Of a stretch of DNA of 64,000 nt, positions 10,506 through 23,012 are shown one piece after another (position 1 is the first letter of the stretch; every line of letters starts with the position of its first letter). The notes under the pieces were generated by a model, which did no database searches, was not told the DNA's origin, and saw only the letters and a list, made by a program, of their open reading frames with translations. This stretch comes from Cladosporium halotolerans. Taxonomy: Eukaryota. A program made the position numbers and the translations under genes. The stretch is taken from the NCBI RefSeq assembly GCF_011745625.1, contig NW_027191469.1, positions 186,001 to 250,000 of the forward strand, given 5' to 3'.

Positions 10506-13408
10506 GATCTTGTGGACTGGATCGCGTGTGCAGGCGGCCCTCTGAGCGTGATGAAGGGCTTCAGCGGGGCTCGAGTCCGGCGCCGCACGCAGCACAAAGA
10601 GACGGAGGGCTGACGACGGCGTTCGTGGGGCGGAACAAGCGTGCAGGCGTTAGTTTTGAGGGTGCGAGTCTAAGCCTGAGCCTCTGTCGTGGATGAGGGG
10701 TGCCGCGTACGGGCAGCGGACCAGATTGGTGGGCTGGTTTCACTTCGTATCTGCGCAGGAGGCGCAACGGGCCTGGGGAAGTTGGTGCTGATCCGGCCGT
10801 CGTCCAGAATAGGTCGGGGCGGCAAAGGAGCGTGGGGTCAGCAGGATGGCCAGGAGCGAGCACGGGCGGCACGAGAGGCGTGAGACGTTGGCGCGTGAGG
10901 GCGGTCTCTCTCGACAACGGCGCGTAGAGTGGTCGGCCAAGGCGCAGAGATCGAGCAGCGCAGTAGAGATGGTTCAGTTGAGAGTCTGAAAGGAAGGGGA
11001 CTATGGAAGTCAAAGGAGCGAAGGGGCTTTTGCCAGACGCAGCGGGATGTTCATATCCAATAGCACGGCGGGCGGTCGCGGTGCGGCGAGGCCCCGTCAC
11101 GGAAATAGAGCTGGCCTTTGACGTGAGGTGTTTGGCCGCGTTTGGCGGAGGGCGACGGCGACGGCGAGGGCGCAAGGATGTGGCAGGCTTAAGCGCCTCG
11201 CACGTCCCAAACGCCCAATCGTCGGCGGAGGGCAGAAGGCAAAGCTATTTCGAGAGGCTCGCGCAGGGTTTGGCGTCAGGCTAATCCTGCCATCGCCCCC
11301 GGCCAGCGCCCGCCGCAGCCCTGTCAAGAGAGTGCGATCGCCTGCATGGCAGCTTTGACCGAGGTCTGGACGTGTCTGCCGCCGATCGCCCTTCTGCTTG
11401 TGTCGCCGTTGAGGGCGACGATGCGCGGGAGTGTGCGTGCTACTATGTAAGTCCCCAGTCGTCCCCTTCGCGTAGGGATCAGTGCTTTGTAGACACGGAA
11501 GAGCACCTAGTGGCAAACACGCTCCTCTTCCGTGGACTGCATCTTCCGTGGCCTGCACTGCCAACTGCCGGTGGTCACGACGCACTCCACGCAACACGAT
11601 GCCAGACTGTGGATGACTGCGGCGGTGGCGAGTGCGTGTCCGTCCATGCTCACAGCGTCCGTGACCACGACAAGTCGCCAAACCGCCATGGGGCGCAGAG
11701 CCACACGGCGATTGCGAATGCTATGCCCGCGTGAGGGGAAGAGTCGCGAAAACGTCGGTGTTTCATCTCCTCGCACGCAGACGCCTTTCGTGCGGGAGGC
11801 GCTCTACACCACCGCTGTGTCTTTCGACAGCACTGCACTCTCTCCGCCACGCCAATCGCGAGGCGACCGGCAGTTGGGTGGGCGTGGCGCCCTGAGCATG
11901 GCTGCTGCAGGTGAGCAGCGCGAGCGCCGTTCGGCGTCATCGTCGAGCGTGTCAACCCGGACAATGCTGGTCGAGATGATGCTGGTGGCTGGGGTACAGC
12001 GTGTAAGATGTCACTCGCAGGCCCACCGCCCTGCGCCTATGTACTCGATCGGCGACGTTGTCGCAAGGCCCATGCCCATAGCACGTCTCGCACGTTCAGC
12101 ATGTCCCTTAGCGAAGGCGATCCACGAGCACGCCACACGCTGTCGTCGTCGCGTGGGAGTCGGCGGGCGTCACGCCGCTGACGACGCTGGTGTTGGAGCG
12201 CTGACACCGCCCAGCGCTCGCCGCCTGCACGAGGCCTCGAAGTCTCGCAGATGATGCAGGTCAAGCGGCCGCCCACGAGACAATCGCTCTTTGCCTTCGA
12301 TAACAGGCAAGCGCCTAATCTACCAGCATTGCGTGTGATAGATTGAACGACAGGGCTCTGTCCCCCTTTTGCAATCCGCGTATCGTGATTCATGCCGTGA
12401 ATCTATTCTCCGCGTCGGTTCGATCTCGGCCGCCGAACCTCAAACCACCCTCCCCAAACCGGGGCGGAAAGATCTCGCAGCGCCATACTTGAGCTCCTGC
12501 AAAGCCAGACCACACCGACCTCGTACAGCATTGCACAGCACCGCATCTCCAGCTCTCCAAATCCCACGATCGAACGATTGAATTCTGGTAGCGACACGCC
12601 CCGCCGGCGCACAACCTTCCCGGCGCCGAGTCTGCATCCAGGCAAGGTCCCAAAGACTCCCTCCTCGTGGCGTCGCTTCGCAAAACACTATCCGACCTGC
12701 CGAGATGTCCACACTTCCCCAATAAGCTCCGAACCTGCACATACCAAGAAAGGGAAGCATCTGAGGCGTTTCTACCGTTCGATGTTCCGCAGCTCGCCGG
12801 CCCGGGATGTCGTCCAGAGACGCCGATTCGTGTCGCGCTGCAAGCCTGCAAGCCACGCTCGTATTGCGCGCGAGATGTAGGGGCGGGAGAGTGGTTCAGC
12901 CGCACGTGTGGGCTTGGGGGGAGTGAGTAATCATGGTCATTTAAGGTGGTTTTTTTGGTTTGCGTCGGGTATCGTCGACGCGATGCTTAGTTTTTCCTTG
13001 AATAGGCCTTTGGCGAGCGCGGGATTCTGGCGATCCGGTTCTGGATTGTTCGATATAAGCTCGCAGTCTTGGTACTCAGCTGAGGATCAGGTAGGTGCAA
13101 GTTTGGACTTCAGCTGGGCAAACTTGCCATGGCGTGCTTCCTGTGTCTGGCCTGCCCGCCTTGACGCTCGTGTACTTCCTGGGTATCGCGATGCTCTTTG
13201 CTGTTGATCGGTCTGGATAACTCTTCGTTGTCAAGTCGAACTCAACCTCCGCCAATCCATAGAATCCAACAAATCCTACCATTCTCGCCAGATCAAACGC
13301 CGCAACATAGTGGGTATCAGAATCTATAGCCCAGCAATCCACACAAACACCACAGCACGCCCACTTCAATCCTCTCGTACAGCCGTTCGCCCTCCCCGTC
13401 AAACACCA

Positions 13409-13696
13409 TCACTTTCCTCTCCAGAAATACCACCCAATCCCTGCCCCAACCGCAAAAAGCACCACCGTCGCCGCACTCAGCGCCCAAATCCTCCAGGGCT
13501 CGATCCAGACGTCGTTCCAAGCATCTCTCAAATCGACCTCGTCGATCGGACGCCCTCTCGTGGCGGTTGTGGGGTTGTGAACTGGGGCGTCGGAGTATGC
13601 TGGTGGGGGAGAGGGGGAGGGCATGGAGGGGCGGGTTGGCGGGTCAGTGTCGTGTAGGCGGGTGGCGTGGAGGTCTGGGGGAAGATCGGAGGACAT
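13409..13696 (-). CDS. Small putative tail-anchored membrane protein (95 aa) with a PPxY motif
   Basis: Context aaagatcATGT; Pro-rich N-terminus with PPPAYS; single C-terminal TM WALSAATVVLFAVGAGIGWYFW followed by RGK. Confidence 0.55.
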   Translation of the reverse strand: MSSDLPPDLHATRLHDTDPPTRPSMPSPSPPPAYSDAPVHNPTTATRGRPIDEVDLRDAWNDVWIEPWRIWALSAATVVLFAVGAGIGWYFWRGK

Positions 13697-16305
13697 GATC
13701 TTTTTTTGAGCTTTGATGCCGTGTGTTTCTGGGTGAGCTGAGGTTTGTTGGGCTTGTTGGAGAGGTGATGTCTAGGGTTGAATCGGAGGTATTTGAAAGG
13801 GGGAAGAGGTGTTTGTGGTGAGACAAGATGCGATGTATCTTTTGATGTGGTGAGTGAATCTCTCTTTGTGACCGCTAGAGTATACTGCGATCTTATGGAG
13901 GATTGGAGCAGCAAACTTTGGGAGAATTGGACGGTCGTTGTCTGGAGGTTTGCCATGGTTGCAAGCTTCTACGTGATCTGAGGCGCGCAGTGAGCGATCA
14001 GCATCGTTTCGATGAGAATTATCAAATGAAGTCCCATTATTCGTCTTGTTCCTGATGCTGTGAGCACACTATCTACACTCCATTGGTAAAGTCCAAACGC
14101 CGTGATCTTTTGCCGACCCACGTCCTCATAACAGTTTGCTGGGTGATGCCGTAGGCCGCATGCCGCAGGATCATGCAAGAAACCCAATCATCTCTACCCT
14201 GGGCCGCAACGTCGTCAATAAGTTCATGGTCGAGCTGATGAATGATTCACTTTCAGGTGGTGAGGGAATCGGAGGTCAAAGGGTGGGGCAATCTTCCGAC
14301 GACGGATGTCGTTGCAATCAGAGAACACGATGACCATAGCTTTGACAGTATTGATCCAACTGAAGAATTGAAGATGACTGATCTGAGCATTCGAAGTCGT
14401 TCTCGTATTCACTGTGGCCGACACGCTAGGGTTGAATTAAGGAGTTGCGAGCGTTCTGTCATCAGTCCATGAAGTGAGCGTTGCCGGTTGATGACTATCG
14501 GTGTTGATTGGGGGCTTTCGGACGTCCGCTTGAGGATAGAACACAGCATAGAAAGGCATGTACTCCGTATTAAGGTTCTTATCGAAGCGATCAAGTAGGC
14601 GTGTTAGACTGCGCTTCAGAAAATCCAGCAGATTCCTCTGAGTGCTTGACGGCGCGAACAATCCCCCGATAACAAGAGAGAAGACTCCAGATGTTATGCT
14701 AGTACTAAAGAGAATATTAAAGATCTTCTTCCTCGAGGAGATTTGATATCCATTTTCTGCTGTCGGAATGATTCTCTGTCCCGGTCCACCAACAGCGCGA
14801 GCTGCACCATCGATGGAATAGGTGTCGGGTTCGAAGTTGCATTGGTTGCTCCCAGGTTGCGGAGATTGATATTGGTGGCTTGAACAAAATCAGGGAGCCA
14901 TGTATCTCTTCCTGGCTGGTTGTTTTCAGGGCTAGGTATACGCTCGTCAGAACCTGGCAGGCTTTTCGGGGTCGTTTCTCGACGGTGGCATGCCGGGCGC
15001 TGTGGGTGTTCTGATTGGATTGTGTAGGTTATTGGTGGAATATATACCACTTCATTAAGTCACTCTTCTACTGGCTAACGGCATGGCGTCAATGACAATC
15101 AGGCCGCTGTGCTGCAGTCACTGTTGGAAAGCTCCATGACCACGTCGAACAGATAGCTATGTAGCGATCTCAGCATTTACTGGAGCACAACCGACCAGCG
15201 TGACCGCTGATGTCTTGCAGCATACTGTGTTTGCAAAGCGCAATCCTCGATTCTCATCAAGATTTGTTGCTACGATTCACCAGGTACTGCCGTGCGTGAG
15301 CGAAGGACACAGCTACGGTACATGCGAGTCAGTTGCTCCAGCTCACCAACATGGCGAAGCAAAAGCAGCTTGCCCAAACTGCGTCAAGCAGTGAGAGCGA
15401 CATGATGCGCGGACGGCGAGTCGCATGAAGGGATGTCCGAAGACAGGAGCCGATATCAGACGTGGTATTATCCACCACACCATCACACGCCAGCGGATGC
15501 TGATCTCCGTGGAGCTGACAGGAAATTACGACGGGAACTCCGCAGAGCTCGGCGAAGTGTGTTCGCATGCAGCACGCGAGAAGCCTCTCGACTTCCCAAT
15601 ACGAGCCACAAGAAATCCATTAAAAGCAGACTGATCACAGTCCAACGAATACGGTCACTGTTGACGAAGCTGGGGTTGTTTGGCTTGGCCGTTGGCAACA
15701 AACTGCTTTGGTCGACTCGTGGGGCCGGCGACCGGCAGTGAGACGAGGGACGCCTGCGCGGCTCCGCCGCTGCGGCGCGTGGATCCTGGGCTATTTAAAC
15801 AGCGCCAGGGCTTACGTACCCATGCGCAGGTGCCCGCACGGAGGAGCGTGATAGATTGCTTGATCGGGAGGTACTCTATGCGAAACGAATGGACAGGCCT
15901 CGAAGTAGGCCAGAATCATACAGCTCGTGTGTGTGTCCAGATATGACATCGGCAGCGAGAATAACAATACAGGCCAACAAACAGCCAACCTCTGAGGTCA
16001 AGTGTTTACTTCCAGCATGTCTCAAGCGTGCGGCGGCCAACGGCACACCCCTGTCGGCGTGTGTGGCTTGGTGGGTTCTGTCTCAGGGCGGTGTTGACAC
16101 GAGCAACAAGCAGTAGGGCTGATGTCAGGCAATGGCGACGCGCCTGTCTGAGGCGAGTGTCTAGTAGTCGTGTAGAGTCCCGTCCACGCCACTGCGGCAG
16201 TCGAGCAGCTGAAGTCGTATCCCTCTACCGTTCTGACTTCGCTCTGGGTGCGTCCAGACTGCTACCTTCAAGTCTCGCTCGCGTGAGCCGGTCTTCGAAG
16301 CAGCC

Positions 16306-19300
16306 ATGGCAAGGCCAGCCCGCCTCCCTGCAGCTGCACAGCAAGCCACAACCCCAGATCCCGAAAGCAAGACCCTCCAGCACCTCCACCTATCCTCGCC
16401 CTCGCCCTCGCCCTCGCCCTTGTCGCCAGGACTCAGCGACAGCAGCAGCGTGTCCGCTCAGAGCTCGCCTGAACCGTCAATCACTTTATCCCCTCCGCCT
16501 GTTGAGCAGCGCAACCACGCACCCGGCATCCCAGACCGGCGGAAGAGTGTCCGTCCAACCAGTCGTTCCCAAAGCCGGGCCCGCACCCGCGACAACAGAA
16601 AGAGCAAAGCATCGCCCATAAGTGACAGCATGGCCAACATGAGCAACGTCATGAAGCTGCGAGACGATGACGAAGACGAGACTCCCGGAGAGAAGTCGGT
16701 ACGTCGCAGTCAAACGGAGATCGTCTCAACTCCGCTAGCGCAAGTGCTAACATTGAAACCAATATAGGATTCGTTCGAAGACGCCGTCGACACGCCTGCA
16801 TTAACCGCAGCAAACAATTCCAGCGATGCCAACGGTCATGTTGAGGGAAATACCGAGGCCACGGGTCTGGGAATACAGGGCGCAAGCTCCCCGCGAAGCT
16901 CAGACGATGGAACAAAGAAAGAGAACGACGTCCCGCAAAATACAGCAACAACAGAAGAGCATGCCAAGGATCAGCAAAAAGACAGCCTGCAGACTTCAAA
17001 CAACCCTCCTCTTGAGGTAGAGCCGCCCACACCTACAGCACCCATGGCAACCCCTGGGGAGGAGGCGCCAGGCGCATTCCCCTCAGACCCCTCCTCTCCC
17101 AGCAAGCCACGACCATCACAGCGCAACTCCATGACTGCGCCTCCCAGAACCTTGCACGGCAGGCAACGCAGTGTATCTCCCCGGTTTCCAGTGAATCCAA
17201 GTGCGAATGGACAATCACAAGCAGCCCGTGAGACACCTTCAGGCAGGAGCTCGCCCGTGAAAGAGATGTTCCCGGACGTCAATGGATCAGCGCCAACCTC
17301 TCCGCGCAAGAATTCTTCAGGCAACATGTCGCCCCCGCCCCAGCCGGAGAACTTGGCGCGCAAGGCGTCGAGCGGGTTCGGCGCTCTGTTTGGCAGGATG
17401 GGCAGCATACGAAAGGGACGATCGCCAAATGCACCAGGTGCCGACGGCAGGGAGCGGAGAGGCACTGGCAGTTCCATGACATCGGTGAACGGTAACCTCT
17501 CGTCCATCGCCGATGGCCCTGAGGATGACTCGTTCGCGAAGCCAAGTCTGAAAGATCGCTTTGCGACTTTGAGAGCACAAGAGGAACATCACCAGGACGT
17601 TTTCGAGGATGGCGATGCGGAAGGGACACCGAAGCCGGCCGACGCTCCAACTAGTCCGACCAAGGAGTACCCCGATAACAGGACGAGAAGAGCCTCATCT
17701 ATTAATAAATCCCCACCTGTCGATCGGAAATTGCCTCCTGGAACAGCGTCTGGTATGACGGCTGGGCCTGCCGCGGAGTCAAGCCCTGTGAACTGGGACC
17801 TGTGGCAGTCTCTGGTCTACGAGGGCCCTTCTGCGGTGCAGCGGACGTGTGGAAGTGAAATCGCGAAAGCCATTGCAAACGGCATCCCTCCTGCCATCCG
17901 TGGCGTTGTTTGGCAAGTACTCGCGGACAGCAAGAGTGAAGATCTTGAGTCCCTGTACAAGACTTTGAAGGCCAGAGGAACCGATGCTGAGCAAAGACCG
18001 CCGCTTTCGAGAGGCAATTCCAGTTACATTGGCCAGGGCATCCCAGAGAAGGAAAAGGGTTCAGCAACATCTTCTCGATCGAGCGTACACTCAGACGTGT
18101 CGACAACGCCAGCAACGTCGAACCTCACCTCGCCGCCACAATCGGTCGATGGTGCAACTTCCGAGCTCAAGACTAAGCTCCTTGCTGAGAAGCAGAAACG
18201 TGACTCAGCGACCTTGGCCAAGCTGGAGAAAGCGATCAAACGAGACCTTGGTGCGCGCACATCCTTCAGCAAATATGCGCAATCTGCTGGCCTCCAAGAC
18301 GGTCTTTTCGGTCTGTGCAAATCGTACGCCCTCTTCGACGAAGCGGTGGGTTACGCACAAGGCATCAACTTTGTCGCCATGCCTCTGCTATTCAACATGA
18401 GCGAGGAAGAAGCTTTCACCTTACTTGTGCGACTCATGCACAAGTACAATTTGCGCTCACTATTCGAACCTGAGATGCCCGGTCTTCACCTTCACTTATA
18501 CAAGTTTGAGCGATTGCTTGAGGATCTAGAGCCTGCACTTTATGTTCACTTGAAGAGAAGACACGTTGGGCCGGAACTCTACGCCACCCAGTGGTTCCTC
18601 ACACTTTTCGCATACCGATTCCCGCTTCAGCTTGTCCTGCGCGTATACGACCTCCTCTTTTCAGAAGGCCTGACCGCCATTCTCAAGTTCGGCATCGTCC
18701 TCATGCAGCGTAACAAGACCGCTCTGCTAGAGATGAAAGACATGGCTCAGATCACGACCTTCCTGAAGGAAAAGATCTTCGACGTCTACATCGACAAATC
18801 TCCCTCCGCCTCCTCGCTGCTCGACTCCGGCTTCTTCGGCTCCGTCTCCGGCGGTGCGGACAAGGAGCTATACCGCGCCGACGAAATGGTCCGAGACGCC
18901 ACCGCCATCATCGTCACCGACGAGACTCTAGCAGAGTACACGGCCGAATGGGAGGAATCCCAGCGCCTGAGCAAGGAGCACGAGCAAGAACTCGAAACAC
19001 TGCGCTCCAGCCACACACACCTCACCTCGTACGTGCGCACGCTCGAGGAGCGCGCGCAGCAGCACGACGTCGAGCACGTCAACATGGCGTCAGACATGGT
19101 GCGGCTGAAGATGGACAACGACACGCTCGCGGACGACAACGAGGGTCTGAAGGTTCAGGTCGGCGAGCTGCAGAAGATGGTTGACAAGCAGCCCGAGGAG
19201 GTCGAGGCGAAGCTCAAGGCCGAGATGGACCGCATCATGCAGCGCAATATCGAGGTGCAGAATGAGAACCGCGCGCTGAAGGAGGAGATGGACGAGATGG

Positions 19301-19480
19301 AGAGGGAGCTGGTTAATGCGAAGATGATGCATGCTGAGGTAAGGCCTGTCGATCCCTTTCGGCCTTTGATCCGTGGAGAATGAACCCGAACTGACGAACG
19401 ATCAACAGACGCTTTCCGACCACGACTCCCTAAAGCAACGCCTCGCAAGCGTGCAGGCCATGCTGAACACGCCCCAGTGA
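16306..19480 (+). CDS. GYP5: TBC-domain Rab GTPase-activating protein Gyp5-like; exons 16306-16698, 16768-19338, 19409-19480
   Basis: GIPPAIRGVVWQ, IKRDLGART, VGYAQGINF, EEEAFTLL, YATQWFLTLF and a C-terminal coiled coil. Introns GTACGT..GCTAAC..TAG and GTAAGG..CTGAC..CAG keep the frame. Confidence 0.88.
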
Positions 19481-20059
19481 GGCAAATCTATCATTTCCCA
19501 TTGTACAGAACTCAACCACCTATCCTACGATCTTGTTTTTGCCATGCCTATGCTATATCCGGCGTTTACTCATTAGACGAGATTGCGGTTCGCCGCCGGG
19601 GATGGGGAACACAGGCCTGGATGGTGTACAGCGCGCTCACACGTGACGCTACGCGATGTGATGGAGGGAAATGGGCTTTTGCGACCAGACAGGTTTGCTT
19701 GTTTATCTGACTGGCTTTGTTGATCGTTAGACTTCGGAATACCCTTGAGTAATGTCAGCTTTATTCTTGAATCCATGTGTCTCATCTTGGTAGCTTGGAA
19801 GGGGCTGTGCATGAAGGGGTTTGATGGGATTCAGGATGATGTATGGTTTGGTAAGTTTCCGAAACCCACCTGGATGCAATGAAAGACTGATGAAACACAG
19901 TAGCAAGACATACGCCACATTCTATTACAGTCACTGCCGCCACCAAACTCCATTTCCTGCCACATAAGAGGTCCTTCCGACAGAACCATGAGTTCTCTTC
20001 CTGCTATCACCAAAGTTTGAGATCGGCGACTTCCAACAACATCAATACACGAACGCAGA

Positions 20060-20728
20060 ATGTTCGGATACGGCAGGCCTAGGTCTCCAAAGCCTTCACT
20101 GGCGTATATGCTGGCATTCGACGACGACTCTCCACCTCTTTCAAGCCGTCGCGTGACACGCACATATTCATCATTCGCATTACCCTCGCCGCTGTCAGGC
20201 TACGACTCTCGGCGGAACAGACAGCCGTCCTACCTTGACGATATCAATGAGCGTTTCGGTCAACTGAACTGGCGCGAGGGAAGATTCTCTAGGCCCGCAC
20301 ACCCGCGCCCCATAACAGTTCCAGGTCAATCCTTTTACAACGACCACCACCGTGCAGCTTCTGGGATCTCGCCGCGTGATACCACTAGTAGATCACCAGT
20401 CAGAGCTTCCAGATCGCCCGACCGCCCCGGCGGCCAGCGATCGCGAGGCAACCGGCAGGCCCGCCGGCGTAACAGAAACAACAACAACCGCACAAATCCG
20501 CAGATACAAGTCAGAGATCCTTTTTCAAACCAGGACCCGCCTCCCGTCTTGCCTTCTCGCGGACGCGCAAGATCGCCAATGCGATCGCAGAACGCCTATG
20601 GCAGACCTCCAATCGATCGAGGGCCGCCTCCGAATCGTTGTCGATCGATAGCACACCGACCTGGCCCCGATCCGAGAAGCAGATGTCCGCAATGCGGAGC
20701 TTTTACTGACGTCCCTGGAAACCGCTAA
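20060..20728 (+). CDS. Hypothetical Arg/Pro/Ser-rich protein (222 aa) with C-terminal C..H..CxxC
   Basis: Uninterrupted ORF after a CA-rich leader; ends NRCRSIAHRPGPDPRSRCPQCGAF. No family recognised. Confidence 0.5.
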   Translation: MFGYGRPRSPKPSLAYMLAFDDDSPPLSSRRVTRTYSSFALPSPLSGYDSRRNRQPSYLDDINERFGQLNWREGRFSRPAHPRPITVPGQSFYNDHHRAASGISPRDTTSRSPVRASRSPDRPGGQRSRGNRQARRRNRNNNNRTNPQIQVRDPFSNQDPPPVLPSRGRARSPMRSQNAYGRPPIDRGPPPNRCRSIAHRPGPDPRSRCPQCGAFTDVPGNR

Positions 20729-21385
20729 GGCTTTCCGGAGTCTTTGGGCGGATTTTTGAGGGGCACGAAGGGGTATGAGGATTGGGTGAAGCATTTGGGG
20801 CTGTGAAATTGTATTTGGGGTGCTACCTGAGACTCGTATAACAATCGAACGGGTTGTCTTCTGGGGAGATGTTGTCAAGCTTTTAGGGTGATTTCAATTA
20901 TGCTGAGTTCAATCTTCGACACCCTCACCTCATCAATGTTGTTTCATTGGTTTGACGAATCGAAGTGAAGCCTGCCGGATCGTATCGGCCACCTCAGCCC
21001 CTCTCTGTGGAGAGAAGAGTCACATGTCTGGTCTCATGGGTCCGTGGCGATTGTTCACTCTACGGAGCGATCATTGAAGCGCGTCTCCATGGCCAATGCT
21101 GAGTGATTGTTCACGAGAGGCCTTTGCTCGTGACATTGTCACGGACTTACAGCAATGAGGCCTTTTCACGTGGGTTCTATTAGGGACCAGTTTGATTTTC
21201 ACATGATGGTCCTACGCCCTTTTTATAGAGCCGCGAGAATCGCCGTCTTCCACGCCCCCTTTGAGCTGCTACCATCGCCTTTCGACACACACCTATACAA
21301 CATCACCTCGCCTCCCCGACTCCTTCCTCATCCTCTCCATCACCGATCAATAAACGCCTTCGTTCCCTTCGCGAGCCTTTCAACC

Positions 21386-22069
21386 ATGGACGGCTACAAT
21401 CCTTACCTGGAGCAAGAACAGTTCGAATGGCAGTATCAGCAGGCCCAGTATCAACAGCCTCAGTACCAGCAATCTGAGCCCCAAGGAGCTCAATATCAAC
21501 ACGCGCATGGTCCGTACGCGCAATATCAACATGCGCATCACCAAGGCTACTTCCATCCGGCGCAATATCAGCAAGCCTTCTATCAACTGCCGCAATATCA
21601 ACCGCCGCAGCATCAACAGTACCGCCACGCGGCATACCAGCAGCCGCAGTACCAATACGCAGCATATCAACCACCGCAACTTCAACAACCGCAGTATCAT
21701 CCAGCGCAATACCAACAAGCCGCGCAATATCCTGGGGATGGTCAATTCGCGGACCAATACATTCAATACTGGCAACAAGCGAGCTCATACCAAGATGCAT
21801 ATGCATATCAACAAGCCCCAAGATACGAGAGGTCGCAGGCAGACTATCCTGCCTATGCCTATGTCCAAAGCCGCATGAACGAGCCAGTCTTCACTTCAGC
21901 TACCCGGGCTGGCACGCATACTCGTCAACCACAGCCGATTCTCCGTAGCGCGATGCGACCTTCTGGATCTACCAACCCTCGCAAAAAGACTGTTCAATTT
22001 TCCATGGAGGAGCGCGCCCCTGGGAGCGGATACGGGCCTGATCAGTATGCTAGTAGACAGGGTCGTTGA
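21386..22069 (+). CDS. Hypothetical Gln/Tyr-rich repeat protein (227 aa), prion-like composition
   Basis: Start caaccATGG; repeated (A/P)QYQ(Q/H/P) pentapeptides; basic tail PILRSAMR...RKKTVQF; AATAAA just after the stop. Confidence 0.65.
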   Translation: MDGYNPYLEQEQFEWQYQQAQYQQPQYQQSEPQGAQYQHAHGPYAQYQHAHHQGYFHPAQYQQAFYQLPQYQPPQHQQYRHAAYQQPQYQYAAYQPPQLQQPQYHPAQYQQAAQYPGDGQFADQYIQYWQQASSYQDAYAYQQAPRYERSQADYPAYAYVQSRMNEPVFTSATRAGTHTRQPQPILRSAMRPSGSTNPRKKTVQFSMEERAPGSGYGPDQYASRQGR

Positions 22070-22295
22070 TAAGTGAATAAAGCATCTTGGATAAAAGGAG
22101 CGTCGTTCAATACGATATAGTCGTAACTCAGTCCTTCATGCCTTGCAACTGTGTCGTACTGTGTCGTATTTTCGTTCATTCAATGTTCCTGGCGATGTCA
22201 CGCTCAGCGACAAAATGCACAGTGCTTCTCCCTCAACCACTTGCAACACTATCATCATTCTTCACTTTCTTCCCGACGGCCTCCATCGATCAATC

Positions 22296-23012
22296 ATGGC
22301 TGGCAATCCACCGCCACATCAAGATGTCGGCATACAGCACGAATGCCCTTGCGAACAGTGTATCGGCAGCAAAGTAGCCATTGCAAACGGTCTTCCATAC
22401 CCGAATATCCAGCAGCACCGCCCGCAAGGGCCCCCTCATCAATCGCAACGCCAACCGGGGATGCCGCGGTACGAAGACCGATATCAACAACCTCTTCCAC
22501 AAGCACCCCCATCTCAATATCTTCCTCCGCAACGCGATTACTACCGACCCGCAGCAGATCCTCGTGACTATCGCGCCTACTACCAGCAACCACGAGACCC
22601 ATATGCTCAACGCCCCTACCACCGCAGATCAATATCCCCAGAGCTCACCCGCGAGGAACTCCTAGCTATGATCGCCAACGACTCTCGCGACCGCTGTAAT
22701 CCACGAACCCGCTATCACCAACCTGCGCCTTGTCAAGACCCTTACGGTGCTCGTGTCCACCATTCAGCTCATTTTCCGAGAGCACAATCACAGCAGCAAC
22801 CTGTTCCTCACTACTCCCGCGGGCCCATCGACGATGAAGTCGCCGACTTCTCCGACGAAGCGTTGCTCGGCACGAAATACGTGCGCAAGAGCTACGGGAG
22901 GGACCTGACGCCGCCGCCGTTGCCGCCAGGGTCGCGCATCCGGTTCCCACGGTTGGGCCCGATCGATAGAGAGATCCCGGATTTTTCGACTAAGGCTTTG
23001 GAGAGGGGGTGA
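22296..23012 (+). CDS. Hypothetical Pro/Gln/Tyr/Arg-rich protein (238 aa)
   Basis: Start caatcATGG; N-terminal HECPCEQC; internal duplicated motif RGPIDDEVADFSDEAL / LGPIDREIPDFSTKAL. Confidence 0.6.
   Translation: MAGNPPPHQDVGIQHECPCEQCIGSKVAIANGLPYPNIQQHRPQGPPHQSQRQPGMPRYEDRYQQPLPQAPPSQYLPPQRDYYRPAADPRDYRAYYQQPRDPYAQRPYHRRSISPELTREELLAMIANDSRDRCNPRTRYHQPAPCQDPYGARVHHSAHFPRAQSQQQPVPHYSRGPIDDEVADFSDEALLGTKYVRKSYGRDLTPPPLPPGSRIRFPRLGPIDREIPDFSTKALERG

Noticed and set aside
12407..12440. tRNA T-arm-like sequence GTCGGTTCGATCTCGGC
   Set aside because: Position 61 is T rather than C, and no acceptor, D or anticodon stems can be built upstream.
10561..12930. Many overlapping 100-240 aa ORFs (likewise 47284-48500 and 54510-56860)
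   Set aside because: Arg/Ala/Pro-rich translations in all frames, typical of GC-rich promoter and leader DNA; no codon bias or motifs.
13097..13127. 9-bp inverted repeat GCAAGTTTG/CAAACTTGC
   Set aside because: Too short to exceed chance; no TSD or transposon context.
16394..16420. (CCTCGC)n hexamer repeat
   Set aside because: Simple coding microsatellite (SPSPSPSP) in GYP5 exon 1.
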